Source: Selaginella moellendorffii
Taxonomy: Eukaryota > Plantae > Lycopodiophyta
Assembly: GCF_000143415.4 (NCBI RefSeq)
Contig: NW_003314298.1
Span: 851,014-915,013 of the forward strand
Length of the DNA: 64,000 nt
Direction of reading: 5' to 3'
The stretch's first letter is position 1; every line of letters begins with the position of its first letter. Of the stretch, positions 25,541-39,535 are shown piece by piece. Below the pieces are notes generated by a model. The model worked only from the letters and a program-made list of their open reading frames with translations, was not told the origin of the DNA and did no database searches. Both the position numbers and the translations under genes were made by a program.

Positions 25541-27266
25541 ATGGAGCTTCAATCGGGCAGAGCGGCTGCCTTGGCGAGCCGGATGAGCGCCGCCGGTGGC
25601 GGATTCTCGAGCATGAGATTAGTTCTTGGGCACAGGGATTTTGCGCTGCTTGGGCAATGCGGGGTCTCAATCGGCCGCGGCAGGAAGAGGATTGACAGGA
25701 AGTATAGGTGCGATGGCGTAGCCGGCATTAGCAGTGCATTGTCCATGGATTGGAGGCCAGCATTCGATGAAGTGCTGCTCATGTCTAGCGTGCTACTTGC
25801 TTATGTTGCTGGTGTTGTGAGACCTTTTGCGGGGCTCACTGGGAAGAAAGCACTGGAGCTGCCGGTTTCTACTGGATCGTAAGTAGCGTGAAGTTCTTGC
25901 CTTTCGATACTAAGAACGTCTTTTTCTTCTTTGTGTGTTAAATAGCATTGCTGAGAATGATCAGCAGAAGAAAATTCGCGTTAGCAACAGCGACTTTGTG
26001 TGGGATACTATGAGCCGAAAGCTCGTCGGGGCCATTTCTACAGTGGGGGCTGGCGCCGTGGATGTTTCCTCGACGCCACTTACTTCCAATCCATCACTAT
26101 GCTTGCAAGCGCTAGCTTATGGTCCGAGGCTCCGGCTCCTTCTGGCAGCGCTGTCGCTACTACGCAACGAGGCAGGCATTGACACTTACCTTTCAAGTAA
26201 CTAGTGTGGTTGTGTGGATTTTGGATTGACAAATGGCTGTTTTGTGGTTTCAGGCTAGCAGCAGGGAGATGTCCTTGGAGGACGTATGTAGCATGGTTGG
26301 GCCTGTATGCAGGCTTTGGATCTCCCAGGAATTAAGAAAGACTGAAAGGACTTCAGCAGGCTACTTTTCAGGCAGCATGATCAAGACTGAGGATTTAAGT
26401 GGCGACGTAGAAACTGAAGCCAAGGAGTATATGTCAACACGCCTTCAAAGAAGCGGAAAAGCCAACCTTTGCGCTGATTTCCTTTATCACCAATGCAAAA
26501 AGTCATTCAGGTAATCAATGTCTTTGAGGACTTCAATCGTTAGAATTTATTTTCTTGCAGCTCGAGAACTTTTTCCGATCAGGCCGTGTCTACCAACCTT
26601 GCAAACAATGTCCTAGAGGATATCGTGATAGCTATTTCTGACGGGGCAGCTGCTATGTATCTGGGAGCCGTTTCTGGTGTTATTACGGGCTGGCCGACAT
26701 TACTGCTTCCATCAATCTGCTCTACACGGAGCCTTGAAAGATTTCGAAACGAGGTATGGCAACACGCGAGTTTGTTAAGGATTTAAGTTCGAGCTTTTAG
26801 TTTCGTGCAGGTGGCATTGTATCAATGGATTCATTACAACTTTGACTCCGTTGCAGCCATTTACGAAGACCGAGTGGAGCTATGGGTACTCACTGCGAAC
26901 GCAAGCAAGAACGAACCTGCTGCAAATAAAGCTCAGAAAAAACAGAAGAGAAAATCACTCGAAGGTGTCGACGAGCTGTATTTTGATCGCTTAAGCGTCC
27001 GCGTGAGAAGGAGCAAAGAACTGAAAGCTCTATCTGGATGGTAAATGAATTTGTCAATTTGCTATTGTCTTACGAACTGTGCACTTTGCAGGAGGTACTA
27101 TTACAGCCTGTACATGGAATTCTCTGATGTTGTTGGTCCCCTTCTGCGAATACTGGTGACGAAACTGGGACAAGGTCTGTCGTTCCTGCTCGTCTGCCTT
27201 ATAGGCAGATCGTTTGGACTCATTTACCAGGGAATAAGGCAGAGTGTGAAGTGGTCTTCAGACTGA
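25541..27266 (+). CDS. Uncharacterised conserved plant protein (possible plastid transit peptide), multi-exon
   Basis: Chain of GT-AG-linked exons: DWRPAFDEVLLMSSVLLAYVAGV, GPRLRLL, STRSLERFRNE|VALYQW, ELKALSGW|RYYYSLYMEFSDV. Confidence 0.75.
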
Positions 27267-27342
27267 TTTCATTGCTTAAAGAAACTCGTGAATTTTTTAT
27301 GAGAAGTTCTTTCATTTGCGACTAAACCTCTTACTTTTCAGC

Positions 27343-28344
27343 TCACTCGTATGGATTTCTAAAGGGATCGAAAGGCCTCGACGCGCTAAGACCTCCATCG
27401 AGCACCAGGTTGTGTCCACTTATGTACTTAGCGTCTTGACTGCACAGGAACAGCGCCGCATTCGCAACGTCCTCCACTTCTAGCTTGGTTCCTGCAAGCT
27501 CTGAGTTGCAAACATATGCCTCTTGAATCTGTTCCGAGGTAAGTGTCGGTTGTAATTTTTGGAGCAGTTCTGCCAGAAGCGGAGTAATGATCCCCACTGG
27601 TGATATGCAGTTCGCCCGGATTCCGTGGCGTCCAAGTTCGCTGGCTGCGGTCTTGGTGATACCAATAATCGCGTGCTTGCTGATGGTATAGCTGTGGTAA
27701 GTTCTCTGTGCTACCACTGCTGATATGCTACACATGTTTAGAATGCAGCGCATGGAGTCCGTGCTGGAGATCATGGCTTTCGCAGCGTGCTTGACACCGA
27801 AAAGTGTTCCTTTGACGTTGACACTGCAAACGTGATCGAAACTCGAGGCATCGATATCAGTGATCCGGAGGAACGCTTGCTCAGGTTTGCCTGCGTCTAC
27901 TACTCCAGCATTGTTAAACATTATATCCAATGTTTTCCCGTAGGTGGAAGTGGCAAACTCGACGCAAGCCGATACTTGGTCCTCGCAGCTAACATCACAG
28001 TGGAAGTATCGGCTGTTTGGACCAAGATCCTTGACGAGAGCGCTCCCTTTCTCGTCCTGGATGTCCGCAACTACGACTTTGGCACCCTGAGAAGCAAAGA
28101 GCTTTGCAGTTGTAGCTCCTATACCACTGGCTCCTCCAGTGATTATAGCAACTCTGCCGTCCAGTCTGTAGAGATCACATAAGGTGAGCACTTTGGTTCT
28201 AAAACTGATTCTTGCTTACTTCTTTCCAGATGTGAAGGAGCTCGCAACTGTGTGGAAAGTTATCTTGCGAGAAGTGGAACAAGATCTCGTAGCCAGTCGG
28301 AGACGATGAGGAGCTCCCACAAATCGAGCTGTGATACTCGTCAT
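27343..28344 (-). CDS. Short-chain dehydrogenase/reductase (ABA2/momilactone-synthase-like SDR110C type), 2 exons
   Basis: Exon 1 MTSITARF...SGKK joins LDGRVAIITGGASGIG; DIMFNNAG; catalytic YTISKHA; ISGHNLVLDGG. Confidence 0.9.
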
Positions 28345-28899
28345 TCCAGCCAGCAAGCAAATAGCCCTCTCTCGAGGTACGCAAAAGAGAACTTTTATCT
28401 GAGTCCTTGCTTTGTCTTGCCTGGTTTGTCAATGATTCCCTTCTTGTAGTTGGAAGATTCTATTCGGCTAATGGAATGGAGTGGCCCTGGCGCTCTTGAA
28501 TCACCTGTAAGTTCCCGTCTATGTTTTTTTTTCGATCTTCGGACGATAGCTCGTGCGTGCACAGCTACGCAAAAATCGAGGAAATCCTCGGATCGAAGAA
28601 ACCCATACCTCGAAACACGGCAGGAGCCTCGGCCATGCTGCCAACATATCACCATTGCATTGCATTAGAGACAAGGACAGGCGGATTTCCCGGTTCGCAT
28701 CTACAACAAGCCACAGAACCGTTACGGCACCACAAACCACATTACTACCAGTTAGGAACGAGGAGTGCCATCGGCTTCGGCCAGACGAAGAGGACACTTA
28801 GCAGCACAGTGTCTTGTTTTCAGGAAAATGGCTAGGGCATGAGCTTGCTTCCACGCTAAATGTTTCAGCAGGCTCGGGAAGTGAGGAAAGCTTACTGTA

Positions 28900-30720
28900 T
28901 TTTTAGCAAGCATTGCTTTCCAGTGATCACACTCTGAGTTCAATATATCTGCCAGGTGCATGAGCCAGCAACAGTTTTTACTTTCCCAAAATCCACATTG
29001 CTGACAATTCTATACCTGATTTTCTTTGATGGATCATTCATGGCATTTGTCCAAACCGAGGAAGCGTGGAATTCGAACACTTAGGGGTGCTCCAAATTAC
29101 CACAGAACAGATGAAGACAGTGATCCAGTCCCTCACACGCATGTCTATGGATTCACTGCCGAGCTATTGCCCCCATCCTCTTGCCAACTTTTCAACGAAA
29201 TCATCCAACACGGTTTTCCACAGACCTGGAACACAACATGGCTGTACCAATGTACAAGGCTGGAGATCTAGCACCTCCAACTATCATGCCATAATGATCT
29301 CAACAATCTTGGTGAAGCTTCTGGCCAAATGTCTGGAGCAACTTCTTGTGAGCTGGACAGAGGACCAAGAATGCAGAGCAAGAGGGCAGGCCACTGCATT
29401 TTAGCTGCATCAACCACTTGGTGACGCAGTGTGTAGCCCTTGACAAACTGCATGCACACCTGCGAACCTCAGTGTATGCATGCTATGTCGACAAAGTAAA
29501 AGCCTATGATAAGGTATTGAGGAGGTGACAATTCGCACGACTCCACGAACTAAATGTCCTGCCAAGCTCATCAGGCTCATTTAGAGGCTCTACAAAAACG
29601 TAAAAGAAGAAATCCTACAACACACTCTGATCCACTGTGACACAAGTGTTCGACAAGGCTGCCCCCTATCATCCACTCTTTTTGGCCTCTTCATTGATGG
29701 GGCTGGAAATGTTAATGGCAGGGACACTCCCTCCTTGGTCTTGCTCGCCAGGATCAGCTGTTCATATATGCAAATGACCTGGCCACTACGCAGCTGGAAC
29801 TTCAACACCAACTAAGCACCCTCCTGACGCATTTCTATGACTCCACAGGCCTTGTAGTAAGCAAAATGAAGATGATAGTTTTTGGCCCGGACACAGTGAG
29901 CAAGTTCCACTTCAAGGGGGAATGGATTGAGCACAGGGAGAAATATAAACACATAGGATACATTGTTGATTGACTTCTCCCATGGAAAACCAGAGTAGAG
30001 GAGTGCATTGCATCAGCAGTAAGGGCCAGCACACATCTTCAATCAAATTGCCGCAAAGCCAACATACATAAGGTGGGGTGTCAAACATGCCTATTATATG
30101 ACAAAGGTAACAATGGTGGCCTTGTATGGAGAAGAAAGCTAAGGTCCAAACCATGTGGGACAAACTTGAGCAGTCAACAAGTACTTCATCTCAGCAGAAT
30201 TTGGGGTCTACAGGCTTTATACCTGATTGTGGTTCTTGAGATTAACTTACTCCCAATAGAGATTCTCACTTGGAGATGTTTACATGCAAAATGCTCTCTA
30301 CAGCTAGAAACTCACAGACATAGCAATTGCTGAATCTCAACACATGGCTGAAGCGGCACACTCTCAAGGCATAGATGGCCACCCATTATTATTATTACAT
30401 ATTTTAAATCCATTAATGTTGGCCACGACCTTTCCATATTGATGACAGAATTGACCAAGCAACTTAAGTTTTCGACATGGCAATCCCTCCAACAATTGTG
30501 TGAGACCAATGTCCTTTTCATGTGAACACCATTATCCCCATGTGCCAATTCAGTTTCATGATCTCACCACCTGCAGTTGGAGAGCCCTGGCTAGCTACTA
30601 GGTAGGGTGCCACAGATTGATGATGGAACTTAGACCTTTGCTGCCATGCAATATCTGCCTCTTGTAACATATGGGGTTACAAAGAAGTCAAGGATGTAGA
30701 GCATATGTGTGCCCAACCTA
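28900..30720 (+). mobile_element. Degenerate non-LTR retrotransposon (LINE) reverse transcriptase remnant
   Basis: Broken frames give NYHAIMISTILVKL, CYVDKVKAYDKV, VRQGCPLSSTLFGLFID, LFIYANDL. Boundaries approximate. Confidence 0.8.
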
Positions 30721-31149
30721 TGCTCTACTATACCAACCATAGTCCCCTGAGGTGCAGATCTACATGTAATCCTAGAAGGTGAACTTTTGGCCAAAGAAAT
30801 CTGTAAATTTCTATAAGATCAAGCACCAATCCTCATTTATACACAACTACATAATAGTTGAGTTGGAAGCAAACAAGAGTGACTACACTTTGCACAATGA
30901 CTAAGTGAGAATCACATTGAGGTTCCAACCCAAGATGATACAGGAGGTAGATTGGTGAAGCCCAAGGTGGGGATAGAAGGCTCAGTGTTTAGCAAAGATC
31001 ATAAAAATAGTTTATTATAATCTGTCAATCTCATGGTTTTTGGTGGTTATTGTAAATAGCTAATGAAAGAAATGAATTTAAAAGTTTAGAACAATAAATA
31101 GAGGATATTGATTTAAATATGATCATGACTTTTAATAAATATTTGTTAT

Positions 31150-32769
31150 GCGAGTGTATGGAATATGGAAATAGAATACAAAAATATGCATATTAATTAA
31201 CCCAAAGCCTAGCTTATATATAGGAGCGAGTGGTCTAAATTGAAACTGATTTGATGGTTATCAAAATCCCACTACATTAATATTAATATATGATATTGTA
31301 GCCATACACTTGAACTTTATATCATCCTCTTATTTTGGAATGATGGAAAATAGTCAATGTTCTGTACATTAGAAGGAGGCATTGGTATATCTATAAGTGG
31401 TGTTAGTTATTCATAATCTCTTTATACAAAGTGTTTCAGCCATTGCACATCCACAATTTTTGGAGGATTGGTTTGTTGGATGTGATGTCAAACTTTATAA
31501 ACTTGCGATCCAACTTGCCATAACATTTAATATGGTCTCTTTCAATCAATAGTCAGAAAGATTGGAAGAAGGAATAAAGGAATAAAAGGAAACATAAAAA
31601 GAAATAATAGAGAGACAAAAGTTGTAAAAGAAAAAGTAGAAGCAGATGGATAAAAAAGAATAAAAGTAAGAAGAATGGAAAAACCATAAGGAAGTATAAG
31701 ACAAAGGGGAAAAACCTTAAAGTGTTGTGAATGTGATTGTAGGTATAAAAAATTACTTGTTAGCTAATCTTTTTTGGATATTCTTTTCTTACTGCCACAA
31801 TGGCAAGAGGTTGGTATTGCTAGACCCTTTATCAGTCCCACTTTTAAGATGGTCAAAGTGCATGTAAATTATTAGAAAACTTGTTAAATTCATTATTCTA
31901 TTCTGTCTTAGCAATGTTTATATATCTGATATTTTATTTAATTTTTCTTTTCTCTTATAGTTGATGATAAATTGCATAAAAGGATTAATAAATATTAAGA
32001 AAACCTTCTAAAATGTAAAAAGTTTTGGACTTTATATTTAATAAACACTTTTTGTTTCTCTAATTTCAAATAGGAACTAGAATAAAGGTTTATTTTTTCA
32101 GATCCAGATGCATAAAAATACTTTACTTGCTGTTATAGAAATTTTACTTTCTCTAGTTTATGAGCACAAAAGCCTACTCAAGAGTGTCCAATTTGAGCTT
32201 AATGAAAGGATACTTCATGCAGCACTACTAAAAAATCTCATCATGCTAACAAATTCTTTGACAAGCTCTTTCAAATGCATTTTGACAAGGCATTTGATGG
32301 GTAGTGCCTATCAGAATTTAAGAGAGTTTGTCAAAGACCTCAACTATATGACTAGACACTCTTAGACATCTTGCTTTTAATAATATTCATTAATCCTCTT
32401 ATGTAATTTATCATCAGCCATAAGAGAAAAACAACTTAAATAAAAGATCATATATATGAACATTGCTAAGATAGAATAGAATGATGAATCTAACAACTTT
32501 TCTGATAGTTTACTTGCACTTTGACCATAGTTTAGATCAAATGATTTTAGAGTAATTTCTTATTTTTGGTTTGCCTAAGTAAACCTGTAGAGATGGTAAT
32601 GGATAAACCTAGAATATGCTTAGATATTCTAGAATATTTTACCATTTAAAATTTTTTATTCATTTAAATTAATCTTGTATTTATAATATATAAACTTTTT
32701 CCAGTATATTATTTTTATTCTACCATCTAATGGTTGATATACAATAAGATTAATCTTGTGTTTATAAAT

Positions 32770-32809
<40 letters not shown>

Positions 32810-33110
32810 TTATAATTATAAAATTTTATTTGATCAATTGGATTAATAAATAAGAATATTAAGCAAACCAAACATTGGTATATGCAACTCATAGAAAATT
32901 ATTATTAAAGATGTTTAACAATTACAAAAGTATAGCTTTGAGGTCAAAGTGTACAGCTACAATACCATATACTAATATTAATATAGTAGGATTTTGATAG
33001 CTGTCAGATTAGTTTCAATTTGAACCACTTGCTATTATATATAAGCTAGGGTTTTTGGGCTAATGAATATACACATTTCTATATTTTATTTCTATATTCC
33101 ATACACTCAC
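31150..33110. mobile_element. Non-autonomous foldback / long-TIR DNA element
   Basis: 31150-31315 (gagtgtatggaatatggaaatag...ctagcttatata...tgtagccatacact) is the diverged reverse complement of 32946-33110. AT-rich interior; no clean TSD. Confidence 0.65.
32770..32809. repeat. (TA)n(TG)n microsatellite
   Basis: tatatata...tgtgtgtg run. Confidence 0.95.
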
Positions 33111-33840
33111 ATTGGTGGAGATGAGGAGTAGCTTTGATAGTTTCTAAGGAGTGCTTGAATTTGGGATTTTGGTTCAGATCTAACTCTTGCATCATCTAGA
33201 TTTCCTTTTCTTTATAGGTTTTTCAATTTCTTCTTTTTTGCCTTTTTCCTTTTCATTAATCTTCATGGCAGAGCAACAACCTCCTCCTCATTTGACTCTG
33301 AAGCAATAGTTGGTGCATTTTCTTAATGCTATGTAGTTGTAATTGAATAATTAGATTTAATTGATGGCAGCATTTACAACGCATGGTATAACTCATTTAA
33401 GCTCTATTTCGTTAAAGTGGGAATTGTCATTATCCCACTTGTAAAATAAGGTTTCCAAACCTTTATATAGTATATAAATATAACAAAATTCAACTGCATT
33501 GAGGCACATGCCATTTTATTTTAAACAAGGAAATGTCTACTCAATCACTTCTCCTCCCCCTACCATTGCTTCACCTCTCTCTTCTCCTTGTCATCGTCGT
33601 CCAATTTCTTTCCATCCTTTTAATATTGGCTTAGTTGCTCCGAGTCTAGGTGGAGCCCAAGTCCCCATTCAATCTTTACTTTCCCCTTATTAATAAAACA
33701 ACTTTGTAGACTTCCAATAACATGCTGTAACACTTCTAGTATAATGCAAATCCTCTCAAAGAATTGTCTTTTAATATTAATACAATGGCATAGAACCCCA
33801 TGCCATAATAAGCTACATTTTTAAATAAATACATGCCATC

Positions 33841-36800
33841 TCAGACTGTTATTTTTTGCCTCCAACGCCTATACAATAATCTTGGAATTTCATCACTCTC
33901 CACACTATCAGGATTTAAACCCAATAGTAATGCCATCTCTTCTCTAATACGTCCACGCTCATGTTCAGTGGTCGAAGAACCCATCCGGTTGAGCAGATTA
34001 TGGAGATGCGGATAGTGCTTGGCTAGACAATATACATGCCATAAATGATGACTGGTGTCTGTCCGATCAAATGGCTTCTGATATACCATTCCATCTGCCA
34101 TTTGGTTGATTTCCGCAGCCACCTCCTGGACTGGCCGGTTCTCTATCACCATTGCTCCAAGCCGTTTTGCAAGGTCCCCCAGAACATACGGTTTCTTCTC
34201 CCTAGTTTCCATACTGCAAGAGATGGTGCACTGCATATGTGTGCGCGTTCGCTGCAGTTTTAATCGGCGAGTCATCGATGATGAGGATTTCACTTGACCT
34301 AGCAGTCCGGTTCATCACTACAGCCTCTGGCTTGACGAAGATGGGCTTGCTACCCCTCACATGGACCATAGTCAAGCAATCCTCCTGCGTTAGGAGAAAG
34401 TCAAATGGTAATATTACTCGCGTCTGATCGTGCATCATCTGTAGCAACGTTAATGCATTGTGGCGCATCATGGATGTCCAAACTCCCAATTGCAAATTGA
34501 ACCCAGCCCTCTGTTTTAAGTGTCGCATGGTCATTATTAGATCCCGCAGTTTCTCCCGTGTGATTAATGTGAATCTGTCTCTTTTGACCAACTTGCGACC
34601 GCAGGCTTTGGAGGGTGCAATGACATTCGAGGACGAGCCACGCTCATGGGAGAAAAGGACACCGTTTAGATAAAAAACGATACAGTACCTTCGCCGTGAC
34701 TCTGAAATGAAATGCGTCGGCATAAAAAATGGTACAAGTCAATTTTACCATCTACAATATTAGCGAATGGTGCTCTCGATGGTCGTTGAGAGGGTTTTGG
34801 TCGAGGAAACGTGAAGGGCGGAAATACTCTCCTCTGCAATGTGGGGTCAATCGCATCCGATAGCGTGTGGGCACATGCCATTTCAGCTGTAGACTCTGGT
34901 ACAACTGGCTCAACAGTGGCATGGGGTGGTTCCGATGGCGTGTGATCACACGCCATTTCAGCTGGTGCCTCCGTTGGCAAAGTGGACATGACCGAACAGG
35001 CAGCAGGGGCGGTGTAGGGAGGTTCCAACAGCGCGTAGTCAGACGATTGGGCACACATTGAGTCCGTTGGAAATGAGGATACGACCGGCTCAGCGGCTGA
35101 GGCGGCCTCATGTGGGTCCAATGGCGCCTGGTCACCGTCAGTTGGATATGTGGACAAGATTGACTTAGTGGTATGGGCAGCATCAAGTGGAGTGTGGTCA
35201 GCTTGCTTGGCGTTGATATGGATAGTAGCCTCCACCAGCTCTGATGACTCTTGCAGGCAAGTAGAGTCCAGTGGTGGATCCATATGCATGTCCAAATATC
35301 TCCCTTCGATTGAGATGGTATCCTCCCTACTGGCTACTAAAAACAAACTCATTAGCACATTGAATCGACTATACTGTATTTACCATCAACTGCTATTGAG
35401 GAACTAGGACCGATATCACTTGGGCGCACTGCTGATTCTGAAGGATTGGACATACGTTTTGACCCTTGCTTGGCACTATCCTTCCTCGACACTAAAGGCT
35501 AGAGTTTGTAAATTCACTTGAATAATATCTACTTACCATTTGCTCTGCAACCTACATGGATAATGTTAGAAATGGTAAAAGGTTAGGAATGGATGTACTA
35601 TTATTTACCTGATGGTTTGTCTTGTATGACCTTCCTCTGCTGCTCTTTGGCCACCTCAGGCTGGCCATCGTCGTCATCATCGTCATCGTCGTTATTGTGA
35701 TCGTCACCATTGTGAGGACCATCCAAGTCCTCTTCGTCCTCCTCTTCTTTGTCCTCCTCTTCGTCCTTCTACTCTTCCTGCTCATTATCTTTCTCTGGCT
35801 CCTCATCCCCCTCCTGCATTTCTTCCATAGGCTGCTCAGGCTGGATGGCTTGTTCTTCCAGGACCATCTTGGGAAAATCATCTGGCCGAGTCTCCATCTC
35901 AAAATACAAGACATCCATAGCCTGTTTTAGTGCGTGACCGGCCCTGACTTGAAAAGCATCCCTCATCCATTGTACCTCTCCATTGAGATTGGGGAAGGGG
36001 AGTCTGCCATAGGAATCTGAGTCAGGAGGTGGTGACTGCCTGCTTTCACTCAGCCCTTGATCTGCAATGAATGGCATGAGCACACACGCCATAACCGCGA
36101 GGCATTACCTATCATCTTTTCGTTGCCCTTCTTCCTTTTTGAATCAAATGCCTCTGATCCCGACAACTGTCTAACGTGCTTTTGCTTTTTATGACCACTG
36201 TCAGTTTGAGCTTGGCTGGTGCTTGCCTGTTTTGCCTTTGAAGAAGTGTCTCTTGCAAGGAATGGCATGAGACCACACGCCATTGCAAATATAATTTGTA
36301 CCTCCTTTTTTCCTATTGCTTGTCTGTTTGTCCTTCTTCGACGCGCCACCAGTGCGCTTTTCAGTCCTCGTGTCTGAATATTCACAACAATCTATAATCA
36401 AAATGGCGTGAGGCCTCACGTGACCTTACCTTGTGCAGGTTGTGAGCTCGGCCCAACATGGGTATCTTCAACAGTAGCTGTTAACGCCGTTTCAGCATCT
36501 GGGGGTGGCCACGCTCCTGCATACAGAGCTTGTGAGATAACATTTAAACTTAAAGTGCGTACTCACCAGGTTCGCAGAGAAGATACTGTTTTTCTTTGGC
36601 AACTGTAATTATATGCTCCATTGAAGTCACCTCTTCAATGGAGTTTGTCACCGCAACACACGGGACACCCTTGAGTAGTGCGGCTCGAAAGAATAGTCTG
36701 CCGTAGTTGTACTCGACAACGCATTTGCCCTTGGAGTCGGAAGTAGGTGACCCACCCGCTATTGCGTTGAAGACCCAGCTGAGCATTTCCCATGCTGCAC

Positions 36801-39535
36801 CTGGAGCTTTCTTTGGATTCGAAAGCTCCATAGCCGTCTTCAGTTCCTCAGGCATGGGTAAATGGACCTCCCTTAGATCAATTCGATCGGCCTTGTCGAA
36901 CGAAGCTGGGAAGTCACTCCAGTCCCACTCTGCTGCAAGACCAATAACAAGGGCGAGTGTGAAGATGCGGACATTCGTCGGTATCTTCTTCTTAGCCATT
37001 ATCCCATGGATCTCCCGCATCTCCTTGCCTTTCAACCGAGCCTTCACCTCGTTCAAGGCCTTCCAGAACTTGTGATAGGATTCGGAGTCGTAGATCATAT
37101 AGTGGACTGAAGATTCCACCTCCGCAAGTCCCACCATTAAGTCAATGATGGAGCTGACTTTGTTTGCATGAGTGATCTCCTCGTTTGTGAAGTCCATCAC
37201 ACAAAAGATGTTCTTGACTTGCTCATCTCCGCGGGAAACGATGCTCCTCCACCTTTGATCCTCATCCGAATTCAAGTATACCCGGTAAGGTTATCGATAG
37301 GCCTCTGCTGCGGGGTCGAGCTGTTTCTGAAGCCGGTGGTCAACATCACTCTTAATGAAATTTGGATACTGATCCAACTTCTCAGCTTTACTTTTCGTGG
37401 CATCCCGCAGCAGATCGATGAACTTGGGGGCCCCCTTCACGTACTCGTCGATGTCTTCGTTTGACAACTCTAGCGCTTCCATCATCTCTTGCGTGGTGTC
37501 GATGCTCACCCTCTCCACGGCCACTTGCTCGAAGATCCAATCCTTCAATAGCGCACGAGCTCTCAGAGTCGTGCACAAGTCCTCGTATGTCACAATATGG
37601 CCGGGAGTCATTTTGGTCTTGTTGAAGACTACCTCACCACGTAGAAGAGCATTAGCCACTGTCAGAAGGTCGTCGTCGTCTAGAGACTGCGAGAAACGCA
37701 AGGCGTTGAGCTTTAAATCATTGGGCTTTCGGCCGTCCTCCACACCCATTGAGTTTAGTAACTCCCCGTCATGGTACCTCCTCAGCACATCTACCCATTT
37801 GTCAAAAACAACTTTTGTCGCGAGTAGAATGTTATGGATGCTGAGTGTGTCATTGACCCTCAGTGTTTTCGAGAGAAGACTCGAGAATTCCTGCAATGGA
37901 AATGGCGTGAGGCCACATGCTATGCCACATGCAACGAGGCTTACCTGCTAGGCGCTAGTTGCTAGTGCACGTCCTTGTCCTGGTTTTTGTGGCTTCTTCA
38001 GTTGAACCCAGAGCTTCCGTGTTCGTGCCAATGTCTCGTGCAGACCCGATTTGTAGCACGTTTCTTGCTTGACATTCTGCGTGTGGGAGATGTATATGAT
38101 AGATCGGAGGGGCGAGTTGCCTTTTATCAGGCGGACAACTCTTGTCTTGAAGACTTTCTTCACCTCCTCGCCTACCATAATATCCACAACTATCTCTTGC
38201 ATCGCCAAGCTAGAATGCTGCCCGGAGACGGCATAGAACCGGATGTTCTGATGGTCCAACACCTTCCTATTGATCAAGTCTGGAAACCTCGTCTCGCCCT
38301 TCATTGTTCGGTAGTAGGGGATCACGTTTGCGATGTCGGGTGTTACTAGACTTGCCAGCATCTTCTGCTTCAGTTTCTCCACCCACTCATCAGATACTAG
38401 CCTGTGGTTGTATTTGCTTTGGATGTCGATACGGCTTACGTCGATTGTATATACTTTGTTGGAATAGTAACAAGTACTATTATCTACGACAATTTTTCCT
38501 GCCTCTTCTTGCTCTTTCTGCTCTTTGCGGCTCTTCTTTTTGGTGGGTGTAGTGTTCGAACCCGAGGCAATGGCATCACCGAGTAGCTTCTTTTTTGGAG
38601 CAGGAGAGTCGGACGTCGGCTTGAGCTTGACCACCCTTTTCTGCTTCGGGGTAGTTTCCAGATCGACCCCCTTCCCCTTCGCTTCGCGAACTGGAGGCAC
38701 TCTCAACGGCTCAATGTTGGAATATAGTTTTTGAACATCGCCGTAGGTGAGGTCCGTGGATTCCATGTGATCTTCATAGACCCGCAGCATCTTTGAAATT
38801 GTGGGCCTCCTGGACAACCTCTCCCTAGCTCCCTCTAGGAATTCCTCATAGCCGCTGCCCCCCTCCGGGAAGCCGCTAGGATGTGCAAGGTGGATCTTGA
38901 AGGCGGACGCTGTCTCTACCACAAGTGCCAGTCCATATTCTTGCATGGAACTGCATGGAGTGTCTGTCACTTGGATGAGGATCCCCATGCATTCTTTTCT
39001 CCCACCATCTGTGTTGTACAGCCTCAGATCCTTGCCTTCCATCCCGAAAGTCCAACTGGTGAGCTCCTCCCCCTTCTCTGCATCCACATTGACAGTGGCT
39101 GGAAGAAGAACGCAATTCCTCGCCTGTTCAGAAATGCACAACAATTAGAGCTGGCAGATGAAAAGCTAGCAGCTGGAAATAACGTGAGGCCACACGCCAT
39201 TCACCACTGCATCAGATGTCTTGAGGCTGCATCCTAAGATGGCGTGAGGCTACACGCCATCTGTAACCGGACTGCACTCGAGAGCCCAATTGGTGCATGC
39301 CAATGTTGCTACTAAATGGCATGTGGCCTCATGCCATTTTCTACTTGGCCTAAAAGACTTACCATTTGAAGCCGAATGGAGGCGTGACAATCGAGGCCGG
39401 ACTCGCTGGCGAATGTGCACTGTGTGTGCAGCGGATCGGAGCAGCAAGGCTACTCTGCCACTTACAGTTGGAGAGTGGCGCTGAAATCTCCCAGGACGCC
39501 AAGTGGGCTGAGGAAGATGTCGAGAAGACAACCTG
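33841..39535 (-). pseudogene. Multi-exon gene: ParB-like domain, degenerate methyltransferase-like domain, acidic linker, FCP1/NIF HAD-phosphatase-like domain; premature stops, 5' end truncated
   Basis: ParB-like TIDVSRID...RLVSDEWVEKLKQKM...FYAVSGQHSSLA; MTase-like tail KKAPGAAWEMLSWVF...VVEYNYGRLFFRAALLKGVPCVAV; FCP1-like IVFYLNGVL...GVWTSMMRHN...TQEDC...LIIDDSPIK. In-frame stops at 37950-37948, 37293-37291 and 35771-35769. Joining all parts into one gene is inferred. Confidence 0.6.
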
